NCBI GenBank assembly: GCA_038496445.1
Contig: JALMLS010000579.1
Span: 124,001-188,000 of the forward strand
Direction of reading: 5' to 3'
From: Trichosphaerium sp. ATCC 40318
Lineage: Eukaryota > Protista > Tubulinea
Length of the DNA: 64,000 nucleotides
Position numbers and translations under genes: made by a program. How positions within the stretch are numbered: the stretch's first letter is position 1; every line of letters starts with the position of its first letter. This document shows positions 61,267 through 64,000 of the stretch, piece by piece. The notes beneath the pieces are model-generated. The model was given only the letters and a program-made list of their open reading frames with translations, was not told the DNA's origin and made no database searches.

Positions 61267-63269
61267 TTATTTGTAGTCCCACACTCGACTTGAAAAGTCT
61301 CCAGCACCGGAGACAAATCTATTTGTACCATGGCCTTGACTGCATGCAATAGAAATCACAGAATTTCTATGACCACGTAGTACAAGCTGCCCAGTTGCAC
61401 GATCTATATGTGTATTCCATACACGAATTGATTGATCTTTACTACCACTCATTAACCAAGAACCACATGGGCTGTATGATAATGTGAGTACAAAGTCCTT
61501 GATTAAGAGAGTTAGTTAAGTTCAAAAATGATGTCACTACTAATAAAAAAAAGCACGTGAAAGATAAAACACGAAATGATTTTCTTTCTTTTTTCTTCTT
61601 TTTTGTCACTGAGTTAAAAATACTACGTACTTGGTGGCCTTGTAACGTTGCTTTGCAATTATCAGTACCACTTCCTCTTATGTCCCATATCCTTACAGTT
61701 TTGTCTAATGAAGAAGATGCCAGAGATTTTTTATCAGGAGAAAAAGCAACAGAGTAAACGCTATCTGAATGACCTGCATATCTATCAAGAAAAAATCCAT
61801 TTCTTAAATCCCATAGCCTAACCATCTTATCAAGAGATCCAGCAGCGATTAAATCACCAGCATGGTTAATTGATACAGATGTAACACCCTCAAGAGGACC
61901 TATTTGTTCATCGCCAAGAGTATGCAAACACTAAACAGAAATTAACAAAGAGAAGCTGCATCTAAGCGAAGAAATAGTATCTTCGTTTTTGTGATACCTT
62001 TCCAGTTTCTAAACAAAACGTGAGTGAAAACTTCTGAAAGAAAAAAACTTACCAATGTCCCACACTCTAACTGTCTTATCCCCAGATCCAGAAACAAGTG
62101 TTTGTCCATCAGGAGATATATCTACACCACGTCAAACTGTTAAAAACGCTCAATAATCTTGACATACCAATCGAATAGATTGGCTTTGTGTGACCCAAAT
62201 ATCCTCGACAGAAACTCTTTGTAGTGATGTTCCACAATTTTAACTTCTCTTCACCACCAGAGGCAAGCAGATTAGAATTAGGAACAAATTTTACACCTCT
62301 AAAATAAGCATCTCCTTCACCAGATACAACACTCTTATCTCTAAATGAACTAACGAACGATTAGCATTTCAGAAAGTTTTGCTCTTTTTTTTTTTGTAAA
62401 CGTGCTGTATGTATTTACCAGTATCCGCATCGATTACATTAGCCACACGGTTACCTTAAGAAACGTTATCGATTGTAATGATCGTATATCCCATTTAATT
62501 ACCTCCAGTGACAACCATTTTACCATCATTGGATATATCAACGGCGCACACGACGCTAAACAAACAATTAAAAAAATATATCCATTCAGACCCGATAAAG
62601 GTTTTATCTCTTTATCATCACGTGACGCGAAAAAATGAAGTAAAAAATGAAGAGCTAGGGTTTACCTTGCGTGTTCTTGAGTGTGCATCAAATTTATTAT
62701 CGGCTCTTTCGTCATAGATGGGTTGTAGCTTGTTTTCAAACATTTAGAATCAACCATACTACAAAAATTGCTTTTTGGTAATTTTTATCTTACCTCACAA
62801 CCCACTCCTTCGCATTTGTTTGACTTCTCTCCACAAGCTGCCTATACGTGTGTTAAACCTTATGCGCAAGTATTTATACGCTCTACAAGCAGTCGAGCCT
62901 AAAAAAAAGTTTTTCTTCTTCCTGTTATTTACTTTGAATGGTTTCCGTTTCCGAAACGCCTCATTGATAACATAGCTGTTGGCGTAGTCGTTCTCTGCAT
63001 CACGTGATTCGAAGGTGTTGTAATAGTATTTCTGACATTTCTTTCAGGCTGTGGAGCGTCGTTGTTGTTTTTATACAGAGCTTGACGGTATTTAACGATT
63101 TAAAAATAAATAGGCTTAAAAAAGAGCTACCATCTATTATTTCAGCCTGTATATGCGGAATAGAGCGCGTAGCCCCTTGACCATCAGTTACAGATATTAG
63201 CATCGAATTCGCCAAGCCAATAAGCTCATTACCACCAAGCTCAAGCACGGAAACTACTCGTTGTATCAT
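61267..63269 (-). CDS. Tup1/TupA-like WD40 corepressor; start uncertain
   Basis: EWVVSYNP..LMHTQEHASVVCAV, LVSGSGDKTVRVWD, GVTSV..IAAGSLDKMVRLWD..GFFLDRYAGHSDSVYSVAFSPD, GHQDFVL..WLMSGSKD, LRGHRNSVISIA, SGAGDFSSRVWDY. Confidence 0.85.
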
Positions 63270-63353
63270 CAGACTGCTATGACGTCACTACCATATTTTA
63301 AGGAACGCTGGCAGAGAATAACTTAACTCAGAATCATAAATCACATCATCAAC
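63270..63353. promoter_or_regulatory. Very short divergent intergenic region (putative bidirectional promoter) with a TGACGTCA palindrome
   Basis: The Tup1-like (-) and DMC1 (+) genes are head-to-head; TGACGTCA at 63280-63287. Confidence 0.4.
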
Positions 63354-64000
63354 ATGGCAGCTGCTCAGCAACAAGGTAACCTAGACGAATTAGATGAAGG
63401 AGAGGAACATATACAGCAAATAGAAAAGCTGCAAAACCTCGGCATAGGCGCAGGTACATTGTCTTTTGAACAAGGACAACGAAGTAGACAGTTTTTGACT
63501 ACGTGCTAAGGTGATATCACAAAACTCAAGAGGGGTGGCATAAACACTGTTGCTGGTGTCCTTATGCAGACGAAGAAGGCAATCATCGTTTGCAATCCAG
63601 ATTCGAAACTGACTTTTCTTAATAGCTTCTCACTTCGATTAAAGGCTTGTCTGATGCTAAGGTTGATAAGATCTTGGAGGCGGCTGCAAAACTTCAGGTT
63701 TGCCAAACAAGTTTTGCGCGTAGACTGTAATACCTTACTCGCTAGACAAACATGTTTAAAACAGGCTTTGAAGTACTTCAGGAGCGTGATACAATTTCAA
63801 AGATAACAACAGGAAGCCCTGCTTTCGATACTCTTCTCGGAGGCGGTATAGAAACAATGAGTATTACCGAAGGTATCCTACGGCTTGGCTTTATTGCGAA
63901 CCACCTAACGGTTGTAATAGCTTTCGGCGAGTTCAGAACTGGCAAAACACAGATTTGTCATACGCTATGCGTAACTGCTCAGTTGCCCTCTTCACAACAA
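63354..64000 (+). CDS. DMC1: Meiotic recombinase DMC1 (3'-partial)
   Basis: [34 protein letters not shown]|[66 protein letters not shown]. IKGLSxAKVDKI, MSITEAF and LCVTAQLP favour DMC1 over RAD51. Confidence 0.85.

Noticed and set aside
1-64000. Alternative genetic code or stop-codon reassignment as the cause of the fragmented ORFs
   Set aside because: Interruptions in conserved proteins (PGK, citrate synthase, M1 peptidase, DMC1) are resolved by GT/GC-AG introns. TAA, TAG and TGA all serve as true stops, and long intronless ORFs read normally.
1-64000. CRISPR arrays, tRNA/rRNA genes, transposases, long terminal or inverted repeats
   Set aside because: None seen by eye; intergenic spacers are short and AT-rich. 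A tRNAscan or Infernal search could still find small ncRNAs.

Overview
Gene-dense, AT-rich eukaryotic nuclear DNA, not prokaryotic. It holds about 27 protein-coding genes split by many short spliceosomal introns (mostly ~40-110 nt; donors usually GTACGT/GTAAGT/GTATGT, CTAAC/CTAAT-like branch points, TAG/CAG/AAG acceptors). This explains the fragmented ORF track, so I spliced the genes by hand. The gene content points to an amoebozoan-like protist (inference): Dictyostelium-like LIMP/CD36, TupA-like WD40 protein, PTS2 citrate synthase and Frizzled-type CRD protein. Genes in order: AAR2, synaptojanin-like Sac1/5-phosphatase, 4x Frizzled-CRD single-pass protein, ABCG, F-box protein, LIMP/CD36, Bin3/MePCE, two LRR proteins, a possible orphan, secreted CBM6-leishmanolysin-like protease, DUF296, serine racemase-like, small Cys-rich secreted protein, frameshifted F-box protein, microbial-type PARG plus MYCBP-like domain, PGK, ankyrin protein, ERMARD-like, SH2-like/TDP2-like EEP, citrate synthase, M1 aminopeptidase, SAM/RRM protein, F-box-like MORN protein, an LRR pseudogene fragment, Tup1-like and DMC1. 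The best hidden signal is at the PGK stop codon: TGA-CAATCA (CARYYA readthrough context), followed by a GC-rich stem-loop and an in-frame 15-codon extension ending RRAAL. This is a candidate programmed stop-codon readthrough giving a cryptic, possibly peroxisomal, PGK isoform. Also notable are strong CACGTG enrichment (mostly intronic), frequent GC-AG introns and several unusual domain fusions. No tRNA, rRNA, CRISPR array or clear transposon was seen.
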